This document shows, piece by piece, positions 9,450-19,101 of a stretch of 59,454 nt of DNA. The DNA is from a virus (lineage: Duplodnaviria > Caudoviricetes): the IMG/VR virus record IMGVR_UViG_3300045256_000151, positions 1 through 59,454 of that record; one strand, written 5' to 3'. Within the stretch, counting starts at the first letter, position 1; every line of letters starts with the position of its first letter. The notes under the pieces are model-generated. The model ran no database searches. It was not told the DNA's origin and worked only from the letters and a program-made list of their open reading frames with translations. The position numbers and the translations under genes were made by a program.

Positions 9450-10520
9450 TTACGGCAGCGTCTTGGTGACGCCGGCGGGGTTGAAGCGGCACCGGCGGGC
9501 GGCCGCCGAGTTGCCGGAGAGGTCGGTGCTGGAGAGGGTCGGATCGACCGGGACGGCGCACGCCCGGAGCTGGAGCGCCTTGGCCCCGTTCGCCGCGGCG
9601 ATGAGCGAGGCGATGGTGTTGGCCAGGTCGTTGTTGCGCACCACCACCTCGATCCAGCCGTCACCTTCGACGAACGCCGTCACCGACGACGCCGTGAAGA
9701 TGATGCTGCCGCCGGCCGCGTTGGTCAGGTTCGCGCCGGAGATGGCGGTGGAAGCCAGCAGCGTGCCGGTGGCGTTCTGGTTGGCCGTGGTCAGGGAGAT
9801 CACGCCGCCCGTCACCGCGCCGGCCGTGGTGGACAGCGTGAGCGTCGCCGCCTTGGAAATGGTCGACGCCGGCTTGCCCGTGCGGAAACCCGCCGAGATG
9901 ACCGTGTGCGCGTAGGGCAGGCTGATCGTCCACGCCTGGGAGTTGGCGAAGTCCGAGAGCTGCACGGGGATCTGCACGACGGTCTGGGCCACGGTGGCGG
10001 GCACGGTGGCTGTGGCGGTGCCGCCCGAGTTGTCGGTGATGGTGGTTCCGCCGCTGGTGGGGTAGTTCAGGTCCACCAGGGCGAACGAGCCATCGACCAC
10101 GCCCAGGAGCGAGCCGTTCGCGCCCGTGGTCGGCGTGGTGATGCCGCTGGCCTTGATGAGAACGTTGATTTCGGCGGACATTTCCTGCACCAGCACCCAC
10201 CGCCCGGGGCCGTCGGTGGCGGGGTCGTTGCTGGCGTAGGGCTCCAGCGCCACCACGACAACCTTGTGTTCGTGCAGGATGCCCGTCGCGGGCCGGGTGT
10301 AGTCCACGCCGATGCCCTGGTCGAAGCCGTAGGGGTCACGGCACAGGACCGACCCGACCTGGACCACGGAGTCGGCGCGGGTGGAAACCGAGGTGGCGTC
10401 TTCGGTGATGTTGCTGCGGCCGGCCTTGGTGGTGGCGACGGTCTTGCCGGTGTACCACACGCGGCGCGTCTCGGGGGCGTTGCTCAAAAGGCCGGCACGG
10501 TTGTAATCGACTCGGGACAT
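9450..10520 (-). CDS. Putative capsid decoration / head fibre protein
   Basis: 356 aa directly after the major capsid gene; Thr/Ala/Gly-rich; strong SD. Confidence 0.6.
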   Translation of the reverse strand: MSRVDYNRAGLLSNAPETRRVWYTGKTVATTKAGRSNITEDATSVSTRADSVVQVGSVLCRDPYGFDQGIGVDYTRPATGILHEHKVVVVALEPYASNDPATDGPGRWVLVQEMSAEINVLIKASGITTPTTGANGSLLGVVDGSFALVDLNYPTSGGTTITDNSGGTATATVPATVAQTVVQIPVQLSDFANSQAWTISLPYAHTVISAGFRTGKPASTISKAATLTLSTTAGAVTGGVISLTTANQNATGTLLASTAISGANLTNAAGGSIIFTASSVTAFVEGDGWIEVVVRNNDLANTIASLIAAANGAKALQLRACAVPVDPTLSSTDLSGNSAAARRCRFNPAGVTKTLP

Positions 10521-10550
10521 AGTGAAACCTCTCTTTGATGGCGATGCTGA

Positions 10551-10599
10551 ACTGCGCCGCGGGCTCGGTGTTTGCCTGCACTCGGCCCCGCGGCGCGGT
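10551..10599 (-). other. Long intergenic hairpin after the major capsid gene
   Basis: ACTGCGCCGCGGG...CCCGCGGCGCGGT inverted repeat; no U-tract. Confidence 0.5.
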
Positions 10600-10627
10600 G
10601 CCTGTGCCCGGAACGATCAGGACGGGA

Positions 10628-11776
10628 TCAACGGCGGGCGTGGCCGATCCAGTTGCTGCGCACGTCGTCGCAGTGGACCGCGCTCTGGCACCAGATGAGC
10701 TGCTTGCAGACCGTCGGCTGGTTGCCGTCGCGGATGGCCGGCGACTTGGCCAGCCACTCGCCCGCCATCGTGCGCAGGCGGGTCTGCGCGTAGTTGACGC
10801 CCAGAATCGGCCGCGTGGCGATGTTGTTGAGGCTGGGCGTCGCCACGGTCATGGCGGGCCCGAACTTCAGATCGCCGTAGAACGGGCTGATGTTGCCGTT
10901 GCGGTCGTCGGGGCCGGAGTTGACGGCATCCGCGTAGGCCGCGTTGAAATTGTCATCCCAGTGGATTCGGAACTGCGCCCACTGGCGGTCGGGCTCGCCC
11001 TGGATGCCGTTGAAGAACAGCGGGGCCTGCCACTCGCTCTGCTGGAGCGCGTAGCGCATCTGGCGGACCAGCAGCGGCGAGAAGGTGCCGTCGTGGGTGA
11101 ACGCCCAGCCGCGCAGGCGGGTGTTCGTGGGGTCGCTGGCGTCGCATTGCGTGTTGCCGCGGCTGATGTGCGGGGTGTAGGTGCCGTCGCCGTAGGGGGC
11201 GTAGATGCCGTTGTAGCCGCCGCCGGGCGAGGACACGCCGGTGTTCAGACCGCGGCACCACCAGAGCAGGCCGGTGTGGCTCAGGTCGTCGCTGGCGTTC
11301 GCGGGCGTGCCGAGGAACTGGGCCTCGAGGCGGTTGAGCAGACCGCGCAGGCTGGTCTGCATCTCGGTGTCCATGAGCCGCACGATCTGCTGCGGGTTGC
11401 CCCGGTTGCGGGCCATCATCCGCTCGTCGTACTGCCAGGTGGTTTCGTCGATCACCCAGGGGGTGATGCAGACCTTGATGTAGTCGCCCTGGACGTAGGT
11501 GCTGGTGCCGAACAGCCGGTTGCCGCGCGCGGCACCGTTGTTGTCGGCGACCTCGAGGCGCTGCTCGATGCCGTACGCGCCGCCGTCGTACTCGATCTTG
11601 CCCGACGGCGTGATCAGCAGCGACTGGAGAACCGAGTACCGGCGCAGCGAGAACAGCCGCCGAATCTCGGGGATCATGGCGTTCATCGTCGACGCCAGCA
11701 GGTCCGTGCCGGCGGGCACGGTCTGGCCGGTGGCGAGCTGGTAAGTGTTGGCGAGCGGCAGACCGAACTGAGACAT
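10628..11776 (-). CDS. Major capsid protein
   Basis: 382 aa after scaffold-like gene; NRGNPQQIVRL...RLEAQFLG segment like HK97-fold capsid spine helix. Confidence 0.75.
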   Translation of the reverse strand: MSQFGLPLANTYQLATGQTVPAGTDLLASTMNAMIPEIRRLFSLRRYSVLQSLLITPSGKIEYDGGAYGIEQRLEVADNNGAARGNRLFGTSTYVQGDYIKVCITPWVIDETTWQYDERMMARNRGNPQQIVRLMDTEMQTSLRGLLNRLEAQFLGTPANASDDLSHTGLLWWCRGLNTGVSSPGGGYNGIYAPYGDGTYTPHISRGNTQCDASDPTNTRLRGWAFTHDGTFSPLLVRQMRYALQQSEWQAPLFFNGIQGEPDRQWAQFRIHWDDNFNAAYADAVNSGPDDRNGNISPFYGDLKFGPAMTVATPSLNNIATRPILGVNYAQTRLRTMAGEWLAKSPAIRDGNQPTVCKQLIWCQSAVHCDDVRSNWIGHARR

Positions 11777-11865
11777 GGCTTGTTGCTCCTGGGTTCCACC
11801 CGCAAGAGCGCCATTCGTTTACTGGTCAACTCTCCCCACGCCACTACCCGCGCGTCAAGCGCGGG

Positions 11866-13044
11866 TCAACCCGGCCGCCCAAACCCCTGCCCGGCGGCCA
11901 TGCCGGCCTGCTGCTGGGCGAGGCCCTGCGTGAGAATCGCCAGCGCGGGCGCGACGTGCGGGCTCACGGTCGCCGGGGCGTTGATCGCGGGCGCGCCGTG
12001 GACGCTTTGGGGAAGCACGCCACGCGGGCCGCTGGGGATCGCGTCGGTGCGCTCACGCGCCGCGCGGATCTGGTCGGGCGTGGGCTGGGTGCCGCCGCGC
12101 GCCCCGCTGGCGCCGGCGGTCAGTTTGCGCTCGGCCAGCGCGATGGCAGCGCGGAGCGTGGCGTTGGGGTTGGCGGCGAGTTCCGCGTTGACCAGCTCGA
12201 GGCCCTTGGCCCGGGCGGCCTGCTGCTCCTTGGTCAGCCCATCGAAGGAATCGCCGAACACCTTGCTGTTCGCGCGGTCGAACACCAGCGCGATGAGTTG
12301 GTTGTCCAGCGTCCGCAGCGCGGCGTCGTTGTGGTTGACCAGCGCGCCCAGGGTCTTGGCGGTCTTGTTCAGCGTGTCCGCCATCGGCGAGATAATGCCG
12401 TCGTAGGCGTCGTCGCCGATCACCGACCGGATTTCCTGCACGGCCTCGTCCTTGAGCGTCAGCCCGCCGAAGATGTCGGGCATCGGGCCGCCCGCGACGC
12501 CGGCCTTGGGGTCGGGCTTGGCGGGCGCGTTGGCCTTGCCGTCGGGCGTTTCGGGCTGCTGGGCGTTGGGCTCGTTCTGGCTGGCCGGCCGCTGCGACGC
12601 ATATTGGCGGGCCTCGGTGAGCATGAAGTCCAGCGCACGCGGGCCCAGCGCGGCGAGCATGCGGTCCTGCTCCGCGCGGGAGTATCGCACGTCCAGCTCG
12701 CTGCGCTGCGCCTCGGTGATGTCGACGGATTGCTCGGGCACGGGGGTCTGCGGCTGCTGGGCGGCGGCCGCGTTGGGGTCGGGGCCAAACGCCGACGCGC
12801 CCGCGGTGGCGGTGTCGGCACCCGCCCCGCCCAGGGGGTCGGCCCCGGCGGTCTGGGGCGGCGCGGCGTTGGGCTGGGCCGGGACGCCGCCCATCGGGTC
12901 GACGCCGCCAAAGGCCGTGTTGAAGACGGCCTGCGGCTGCAACGCCGCCTTGAGGGCGGCATTGGGGTCGGCCTGGGGCGCAGCGCCCGGGGCGTCGGAG
13001 GCGTTGGGGGCGAGTCGGACAATCGGCGTGGTGGGGTGCTTCAT
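11866..13044 (-). CDS. Putative capsid scaffolding protein
   Basis: 392 aa, Pro/Ala/Gln-rich disordered ends with helical core, between portal and capsid genes. Confidence 0.65.
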   Translation of the reverse strand: MKHPTTPIVRLAPNASDAPGAAPQADPNAALKAALQPQAVFNTAFGGVDPMGGVPAQPNAAPPQTAGADPLGGAGADTATAGASAFGPDPNAAAAQQPQTPVPEQSVDITEAQRSELDVRYSRAEQDRMLAALGPRALDFMLTEARQYASQRPASQNEPNAQQPETPDGKANAPAKPDPKAGVAGGPMPDIFGGLTLKDEAVQEIRSVIGDDAYDGIISPMADTLNKTAKTLGALVNHNDAALRTLDNQLIALVFDRANSKVFGDSFDGLTKEQQAARAKGLELVNAELAANPNATLRAAIALAERKLTAGASGARGGTQPTPDQIRAARERTDAIPSGPRGVLPQSVHGAPAINAPATVSPHVAPALAILTQGLAQQQAGMAAGQGFGRPG

Positions 13045-13050
13045 GGCGCA

Positions 13051-13076
13051 ACGCTACGGATTGCGCCACCCGCGCG
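13051..13076 (-). promoter_or_regulatory. Late-type promoter CGCGCGGG-N12-TAGCGT-N6-ATG
   Basis: Exact motif upstream of scaffold ATG 13044; no SD. Confidence 0.7.
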
Positions 13077-13093
13077 GCAAGGCGTGCGGGCGA

Positions 13094-13663
13094 TCACCCA
13101 ACGGCCTTGACAAACCCCGGTTTGCGCTGGATCAGCTTCTTGGGCGGGGCCTTGGCCCCGGCCGTCCCGCGCATGGGCTCCAGGCCGGGCGCATTGCGCA
13201 ACTTCTCGGCCTGCTTGGCGGCCCGGGCGGCGGCCTTCTCCCGGGCGCGCTGCTCATGGCGGTCGATGGCGTTGGCGAACTTGCGATCGTCGCCGGGCCT
13301 GTTGTAGATCACCGAGCCGTCGTCTTGGATGCACCGCGCCCCGACCGCGCCCAGGGCCTTGCGCATGCGGTCCACGTCGCGGGGGTGATACCAGTGCGTC
13401 AGGCTTTCGCGGCTGGTGATGGGCTTGCGCAGGTGATCGGGCATGGGCGGCCCGATGGTTTCAACGCCCTTGGCGATGCGGATGTTTGGGGCCAGCACGA
13501 CCCGCCGGCATGGCTGCCCGGTCAGCGCCGACGGGCACGGATCATCGTTGATTGTCGCGGGCACTCGCTTGAGCGGGGCATCGGCCATTCGCTGGAACAC
13601 CTCGAACCTGAACCCGCTGGGGTTGCCCTGCTGGTCCAGCACGTCGTAGACGTAGATCGGCAC
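13094..13663 (-). CDS. FmdB-family zinc-ribbon-like protein lacking the first CxxC
   Basis: MPIYVY...RFEVFQRMADAPL...TGQPCRRVVLAP. Confidence 0.7.
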   Translation of the reverse strand: MPIYVYDVLDQQGNPSGFRFEVFQRMADAPLKRVPATINDDPCPSALTGQPCRRVVLAPNIRIAKGVETIGPPMPDHLRKPITSRESLTHWYHPRDVDRMRKALGAVGARCIQDDGSVIYNRPGDDRKFANAIDRHEQRAREKAAARAAKQAEKLRNAPGLEPMRGTAGAKAPPKKLIQRKPGFVKAVG

Positions 13664-13668
13664 GGTGA

Positions 13669-13893
13669 TTACCCCTTGTTGGCGTCGGCCAGGTCGATGT
13701 CAAAGCCGCTGATGGTGTGCAGCACCACGGTTGTGGGGGCCAACCGACGCTGCATCGCCTCGGCGCGCAGCGTTTCCGCGCGGATGTCGGCCATGCTCAG
13801 TTCAATCGCCGACAGGTTGCGCTTGCCCAACTCGGTGCGAAGAAACGCGCGGGCGCGGAAGGTGTATTTGTCAACGGGCGGCGTGGCGGTCAT
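13669..13893 (-). CDS. Hypothetical protein
   Basis: 74 aa; ATGA overlap with upstream gene. Confidence 0.55.
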   Translation of the reverse strand: MTATPPVDKYTFRARAFLRTELGKRNLSAIELSMADIRAETLRAEAMQRRLAPTTVVLHTISGFDIDLADANKG

Positions 13894-14237
13894 GGTCTGT
13901 TCCCCGATTGCACGCTGCTGGCCTGGATGTTGATGGCGATTTCCTCAGCGCGCGTGGTCAGAACGTAGGTCGCGCCGTCGGGCACGGGGTCGCCCATCAC
14001 CACAAAATCGGGCATGAGCGTTTCGTCAATCGTGCGCTTGATCCTGGCCCGGGCGCGGCCAGCGTCGCCGTAGTTGGCCCCGATGCGGACGATCAGGGCG
14101 TCGAGCGTCATGGGCTGTCGGCTGTCGCACAGGGCCAGGACGATGTGCCGTTGAACCGGGGTCAGGCAGTAGGCCCGCGGCCGACCGTGTTCGTCGGTTT
14201 TGGCGTGCCCGCGGAGCGGTCCAGCGTTCCGGCTCAC
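13890..14237 (-). CDS. Putative winged-helix DNA-binding protein
   Basis: LTPVQRHIVLAL...MTLDAL...YVLTTRAEE MarR/wHTH-like pattern. Confidence 0.55.
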   Translation of the reverse strand: MSRNAGPLRGHAKTDEHGRPRAYCLTPVQRHIVLALCDSRQPMTLDALIVRIGANYGDAGRARARIKRTIDETLMPDFVVMGDPVPDGATYVLTTRAEEIAINIQASSVQSGNRP

Positions 14238-16052
14238 TCACTCGCCCCCCGCCGGTTGCCCGGCCTGCTGACGCAGCCCCTGCCGGGTCGATGGCTGCGG
14301 TCGCCCCCGGCCTGCGGCCTGCATTTGCGTCATGGCGTCGATTTGCTCGGCGGCCCCGGGCGGCGGCATGCCGACGTAATCGCCCTGGCCGGCGGCCCGA
14401 TCGGTGAACGCCTTGGCGTAGGCGTCGGCGGCCATGCGCTGGGCCACCATCGTCATATCGCCGGCGATTTCCTCCAGCCCGTCCGCCCCGTTGCGCTGGA
14501 AGAACTTGAGCGTTTTGGACAGGTCGAAGATGCCCATTTGGAACAGGGGCATGAATCGCCCAACCGTGTCCATCACTTCGATGCACCGGCGCATGGCCAG
14601 CTCGGTGTCGGAGCCCATTGTCGTGGCGATGTTGCACTTGATGGCGAAGTCGTCGGGCTGGCCCTGGCGGTTGTCGACGTTGTAGGCCAGCTCCAGCACC
14701 GACCCGTCCGCCGATCGCACGTCGAGAACGTGATCGGCCCAGGGGTCGGTCTGGAAGTAGTACGCGCGCTTGCGCGACGTGCGCTGAATCACGCGCTCGA
14801 TCTTGTTGGTGAGCGCGGTGATTTGCTCGCTGGCGCGGTTGTTCCGGTTGGCGTTCTTGGTCGCCGTGTTGTCCCCGGTCTGTGCGCCTTGCAGCAGTCG
14901 CGGGCTGCCGCTGGCCTCGTCCCATTGCTCCTGAATGAACGCCACCATTTGCGTGAGCTGGCCGTTCAGGATGTCGAGGTCGACCACCTTCACGTTTTGC
15001 GGGTCTTCGACGTTGAGCATCGTGCCGTGCGGATTCTCCAGCATGGCCTTGGCTTCGTCCTCGGCACCGCTGGCGTAGCACAGCACCCGCTTGGAGCGCA
15101 TGGCCGAGTCGATTTGCTTGCTCATCAGCATGTCGCCGGCCTCGGCGAGCCCGCGCGTAAAGCTGACAAGCGCCGCCGGGACCAACATGGAGGGCACGCC
15201 CTGATACCACAGGTGGTCGTATGGGCCGTCCTCGCACACCTCGGTCTTGACCGCACGCAGCCACTGGGCCGGCCCGCGCCCCTGCGGCGTGATCGTGGCC
15301 TCGTAGATGCCGCTGCGGTCGTAGATCACGACGTTGATGAGTTCAATCGTAGGCTGGGCGGCGTAGCTGCTGCCGCCGATGGAAGTCATGGCCTTGCGCT
15401 GGTTGATGAGGAAGTCGCGCGCGGTCGGGCTGTCCTCCCAGGCGGGCAGTTTGTTGATGAAGTCCGCGCCCAGGTGCGCGAACGCCGGCGATTCAAGCAT
15501 CCACGCCCGCGGCACGCGGTAGCGGTGGCGTTCCCACTGGCGGCCGCGGAAGTCCTCGGCGAACGGGTCCATCGCCCATCGCTCGAAAGGGATATGCAGC
15601 ACAAACGGCTCGCCCGGGCGAATCTGGTGCCCCTGAAGATCCAGCACGCGGGCACCCTGGCGGATGCCGGTGTAGCACACCGACAGGGGATAGAACCACG
15701 GTTCGGCGATCATCGGCTCAAAGACGTTGTGGATGATGTCTTGCTGCTCGTCCGAACGCTCAAGCAACCGGCGCAGCACCAACGCCTCGAGGTCCAGCCC
15801 GGCCCGGCGGGGTGTGGGGTCGTGACGGATTCGCGCGGGCACCAGCTTGGGCAGGAAAGCGCGCACCGTCTGAGCCACCAGATTGAGCGGGCGATCGACC
15901 GCGACGGGCTGCTGCCCATACATGCGGCCGGCGAAGTACCGCAGATGATCCCGCCCAATCTGCCGATCAGGGGTCCAAAACGACTCGGCGTAGGTGTCCA
16001 TCACCTGGAACTGCTGGGCCGACAAGATGTGGTCGAGCATGTGCGCCGGCAT
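14238..16052 (-). CDS. Portal protein
   Basis: 604 aa between terminase/HNH and scaffold; GxxxxxxG...TAT motif and Gln-rich tail as in P22-like portals. Confidence 0.75.
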   Translation of the reverse strand: MPAHMLDHILSAQQFQVMDTYAESFWTPDRQIGRDHLRYFAGRMYGQQPVAVDRPLNLVAQTVRAFLPKLVPARIRHDPTPRRAGLDLEALVLRRLLERSDEQQDIIHNVFEPMIAEPWFYPLSVCYTGIRQGARVLDLQGHQIRPGEPFVLHIPFERWAMDPFAEDFRGRQWERHRYRVPRAWMLESPAFAHLGADFINKLPAWEDSPTARDFLINQRKAMTSIGGSSYAAQPTIELINVVIYDRSGIYEATITPQGRGPAQWLRAVKTEVCEDGPYDHLWYQGVPSMLVPAALVSFTRGLAEAGDMLMSKQIDSAMRSKRVLCYASGAEDEAKAMLENPHGTMLNVEDPQNVKVVDLDILNGQLTQMVAFIQEQWDEASGSPRLLQGAQTGDNTATKNANRNNRASEQITALTNKIERVIQRTSRKRAYYFQTDPWADHVLDVRSADGSVLELAYNVDNRQGQPDDFAIKCNIATTMGSDTELAMRRCIEVMDTVGRFMPLFQMGIFDLSKTLKFFQRNGADGLEEIAGDMTMVAQRMAADAYAKAFTDRAAGQGDYVGMPPPGAAEQIDAMTQMQAAGRGRPQPSTRQGLRQQAGQPAGGE

Positions 16053-16058
16053 TTGGCG

Positions 16059-16084
16059 ACGATAGCGGGCATCCCTCCCGCGCG
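16059..16084 (-). promoter_or_regulatory. Late-type promoter CGCGCGGG-N12-TATCGT-N6-ATG
   Basis: Exact motif upstream of portal ATG 16052; no SD. Confidence 0.7.
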
Positions 16085-16088
16085 TCTA

Positions 16089-16511
16089 TCACCCGTCCTG
16101 CTCGGCCCCGGGTCGCTGATCCCGGCGCGGCGGGGGCTCGGCGTCCCGTCGCGCCTTGGCGTCCCCCCGCCGATGCCGCTCGGTCAGCATGTGCAGGCGG
16201 TCGATGCGGTTGCGGGCCTGGTTGCACTCGTAGCAGGCCAGGGCGTAGTTCTCGGGCGCGTCGGCCCCGCCCTGGCAGAGCGGGGTGATGTGGTCCAGCG
16301 TGGCGGTCTGTCGGTCCAGCTTGACGCCGCACCAGCGACACCAGGGCTTGCGGGCGAGCTGGTTGTTCTTCCACTCACGGCGCATCACCACCACCGGCCA
16401 GGGCGTGTCGCGATTGCGAATCTCGGTGGCGTGGGCCATGTGCTTGTCCTTTCGCTGTTGCGAACGCGCCCACTGGCGGGCGCGCTTGTTCCACTCACCC
16501 CGGCTGCTCAT
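16089..16511 (-). CDS. HNH endonuclease
   Basis: CRWC...TLDHITPLCQGG...NYALACYECNQARN. Confidence 0.9.
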   Translation of the reverse strand: MSSRGEWNKRARQWARSQQRKDKHMAHATEIRNRDTPWPVVVMRREWKNNQLARKPWCRWCGVKLDRQTATLDHITPLCQGGADAPENYALACYECNQARNRIDRLHMLTERHRRGDAKARRDAEPPPRRDQRPGAEQDG

Positions 16512-18414
16512 GGCCGAATCCTCCCGACTGCTTGAGTTGCTGTCTGGCCCAGGCGATCGTTCCGTAGGGCGGCGCGGCCTGGGACACGGCCGGCGGCTGG
16601 CTACGCAGGCTGCCAAGATCGGCCAGCATATCCGCGATCACAATGTCGCCGTGTTCGGCCATGTCGGAATCCGAAAGATGGCCCAGGCTTTTGGGACCGA
16701 CGCGGGTGCCGCGGCCCATGTCGTCTCGGACGTGGACGTAGGTGCGGGCCTGGCGCAGCGCGGGAATGTCGGGATTGCGGAACGTGCCCCGGTAGAGCGA
16801 ACCGCCATAGACCGCGAGTTGTGTCTTCTTGCGGGCGGGCGTGCTGGCCCAACCCAGGGCGGTTTCTTTGCGGACGTTGCGCTCGTCCAGGTCGCGGTGC
16901 TGGTAGATGCGCGGGTAACGCCAGTGCTTCAGGTCCACCAACAGGCCCTTGGCCCGCCCGCCGTTGGCCTCCACCACCATCGTGGGCGCGCCGCCGCGGC
17001 CGCCGAACCACTTGCCGACGACGTAAAGCAGCCTGGCCAACTGCTCGGGGCGTGTGTTCCGGCTCATCCAGCGCGCGATTTTGTAATCGGTGTCGCAATC
17101 CTTGACGGATATGACGCTTGGCGTCGTGCCCACACCGTCCGACACGTCCACGCCGATGGCGTATTCGTGGTCCTGGTCCGGGCGCATGCGGCCCAGGTGA
17201 TCGGGCACGGGGTCGAACCAAAAGAGCCACTGGTTTTCGTCGTCCGGTGCCGGCGCTTCGGCCTCGAAGTAGCCGCCCGCGGCGTCAACGTCGCTCATTC
17301 GCGCGTCGCGCGTGCTGTCGGGGTCAAACGTCGGCCACACCAACCGCCCGCGGTGATAGGGCGGGCACCCATAGGTTTGCTCCTGCATCAGCAGCGTGCC
17401 AAGGTCAAAGACCAGCGAACCATCGCCGCCGGGCCGCATGTCGACGTTTAGAGCCAGGTCGCGCGGGTCGCGCGAACGCCGCTGAAGCTCATACCAGGGG
17501 CTCGTCCAGTACGCGCCGCGGTCGTCGCTGTGTTTCAGTTCGCGGCCGACGCCCTTGTCCGGGTGATTCCACCACGCAAGTTGGGCCACCTCGAACCGCC
17601 CGCTGTTGCACAAGTCAAAGAAGTAGCTCACTTCTTCGTGCGTGCTGGCGGCCACGATCATGCCCACGTCGGAGCATGAGCGGATGATGGCCTGAAGGTT
17701 GGGCATGGCGGCGGCTTCGTCGAGGAACACCACGTCTTTGCGGCCGCCGCGGAACGCATTGGAGTTGGTCGATTCCCCGTCGATCGTCCCGCCCGACGCG
17801 GCGAATCCGATGTGCATGGCGGTGCGGTCTACCTGGCCCTTCATCCACTCGGGCAGAAACCCGATGATGTATTCGATCTTGGTGAACAGCGCATCGGGAT
17901 CGCCGGGCGAGTAGACCAGTTCTTCCTTGCGGCTGGCCACGCCCAGGTTCGCGCCGTGGAACAGGGCCAGCCACACGAACCAGGCGAGGACGATCCACGT
18001 CGCGCCCATGTCGCGCGACTTCTCGATCGCCACGTTTCGCCCGTTCTTGCGCGCGTCGGCCAGAGTCTGGTAGCACATTTCCTGCGTGGGCCACCAGACG
18101 AACGGGGTATCGCGCTCGCCCAGGTTGGCGGATCGCTTGCCGTCTTCGATCACATGCACCACATACGTCCAAGCCCACAGGTTGAGCCAGACGCCGAACG
18201 ATTCGCGGCACAGGGCCATCATGCGTTCGCGGAACTCGGGGTACTCCATGCACAAAGCGGCCACCTGGGCCCGCTGGCGGCCGTTGCTCTGCTCGGGGTT
18301 GTCGTCGCCCCGCATGCAGATGCCCGTGCCAGTCACCGGGCACCGCCACACGTCCCCCGGGAACCGCAGGGGGTGGGCCAACTGCTCCCGCGGCATGGAT
18401 TCGGTTGGCGTCAC
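16495..18414 (-). CDS. terL: Terminase large subunit
   Basis: Walker A-like IEKSRDMGATW, Walker B VFLDEAA, RNase H-like IGVDVSDG and HGDIVIA. Confidence 0.92.
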   Translation of the reverse strand: MTPTESMPREQLAHPLRFPGDVWRCPVTGTGICMRGDDNPEQSNGRQRAQVAALCMEYPEFRERMMALCRESFGVWLNLWAWTYVVHVIEDGKRSANLGERDTPFVWWPTQEMCYQTLADARKNGRNVAIEKSRDMGATWIVLAWFVWLALFHGANLGVASRKEELVYSPGDPDALFTKIEYIIGFLPEWMKGQVDRTAMHIGFAASGGTIDGESTNSNAFRGGRKDVVFLDEAAAMPNLQAIIRSCSDVGMIVAASTHEEVSYFFDLCNSGRFEVAQLAWWNHPDKGVGRELKHSDDRGAYWTSPWYELQRRSRDPRDLALNVDMRPGGDGSLVFDLGTLLMQEQTYGCPPYHRGRLVWPTFDPDSTRDARMSDVDAAGGYFEAEAPAPDDENQWLFWFDPVPDHLGRMRPDQDHEYAIGVDVSDGVGTTPSVISVKDCDTDYKIARWMSRNTRPEQLARLLYVVGKWFGGRGGAPTMVVEANGGRAKGLLVDLKHWRYPRIYQHRDLDERNVRKETALGWASTPARKKTQLAVYGGSLYRGTFRNPDIPALRQARTYVHVRDDMGRGTRVGPKSLGHLSDSDMAEHGDIVIADMLADLGSLRSQPPAVSQAAPPYGTIAWARQQLKQSGGFGHEQPG

Positions 18415-18986
18415 CGGGCCGCCTTACCCCGCGGCTTGGGCTTGCTGGTCTTTGCCGGCCGGTTGAGCTTGACCGACTCGGCGGGCTTGGTCGGCGCGGC
18501 CTGGTCGACTACGCGGGCCTCCAGCACCGGCAGCCCGCCGAGCTGTGTCACGATGTCGGCCGCGTTGCCGTAGCCCCGCGCCGCCAGGGTGGCCATGATC
18601 TTCACGTCGCCGTTCACAGTCAGGTCGATGGATTCACGCTCGCGGCCAAACAGCCGGCGCATGCTGGCCGTGATGGCGCGGATGCGGTTGGGCACCTCAA
18701 CCTGGTCGTAGGTGATCGGCGCGCCCAGCGTCACCGTCATGGTGCCGGGCAGCATTTCCACCTTGCGGCCCAGCGAGTAGCCCAGCAGTTCAAGCCAAAG
18801 CGCCGTGCCGACGTGCGTGCCCTCGTCCCCAGGCTTCTCGACCACCCGGAGGCTGCGATTCAGCCGCTCAGCTTCCTCCACCGCCTTCACATGCCGCCCG
18901 CTGCTGGGCGTCCCGCGCGCGTTGGGGTTGCCCGGATTGCCCTTCACGAACCGCCCGGTTTTGGGGTCGTTGTGGGATAGGTCCAT
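18411..18986 (-). CDS. Putative terminase small subunit
   Basis: N-terminal GRFVKGNPGNPNARG (DUF5681-type); 4-nt overlap with terL. Confidence 0.65.
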   Translation of the reverse strand: MDLSHNDPKTGRFVKGNPGNPNARGTPSSGRHVKAVEEAERLNRSLRVVEKPGDEGTHVGTALWLELLGYSLGRKVEMLPGTMTVTLGAPITYDQVEVPNRIRAITASMRRLFGRERESIDLTVNGDVKIMATLAARGYGNAADIVTQLGGLPVLEARVVDQAAPTKPAESVKLNRPAKTSKPKPRGKAAR

Positions 18987-19101
18987 GCGGCATTGTTGCC
19001 CGTTCGATGGATCGGTGGTGACTCTTGCTCTCAGTTGGGGATTCCCCTCATCCGAAACCGCCCCCGGGGCCTTTCGGCCGCGGGGTGGTGGGCCTCCTGC
19101 C

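Noticed and set aside
11829-11858. Late promoter for the major capsid gene
   Set aside because: CGCGCGGG is present at 11847-11854, but the hexamer 12 nt downstream is GAGAGT rather than TAnnnT and the gene has an SD, so it was not counted.
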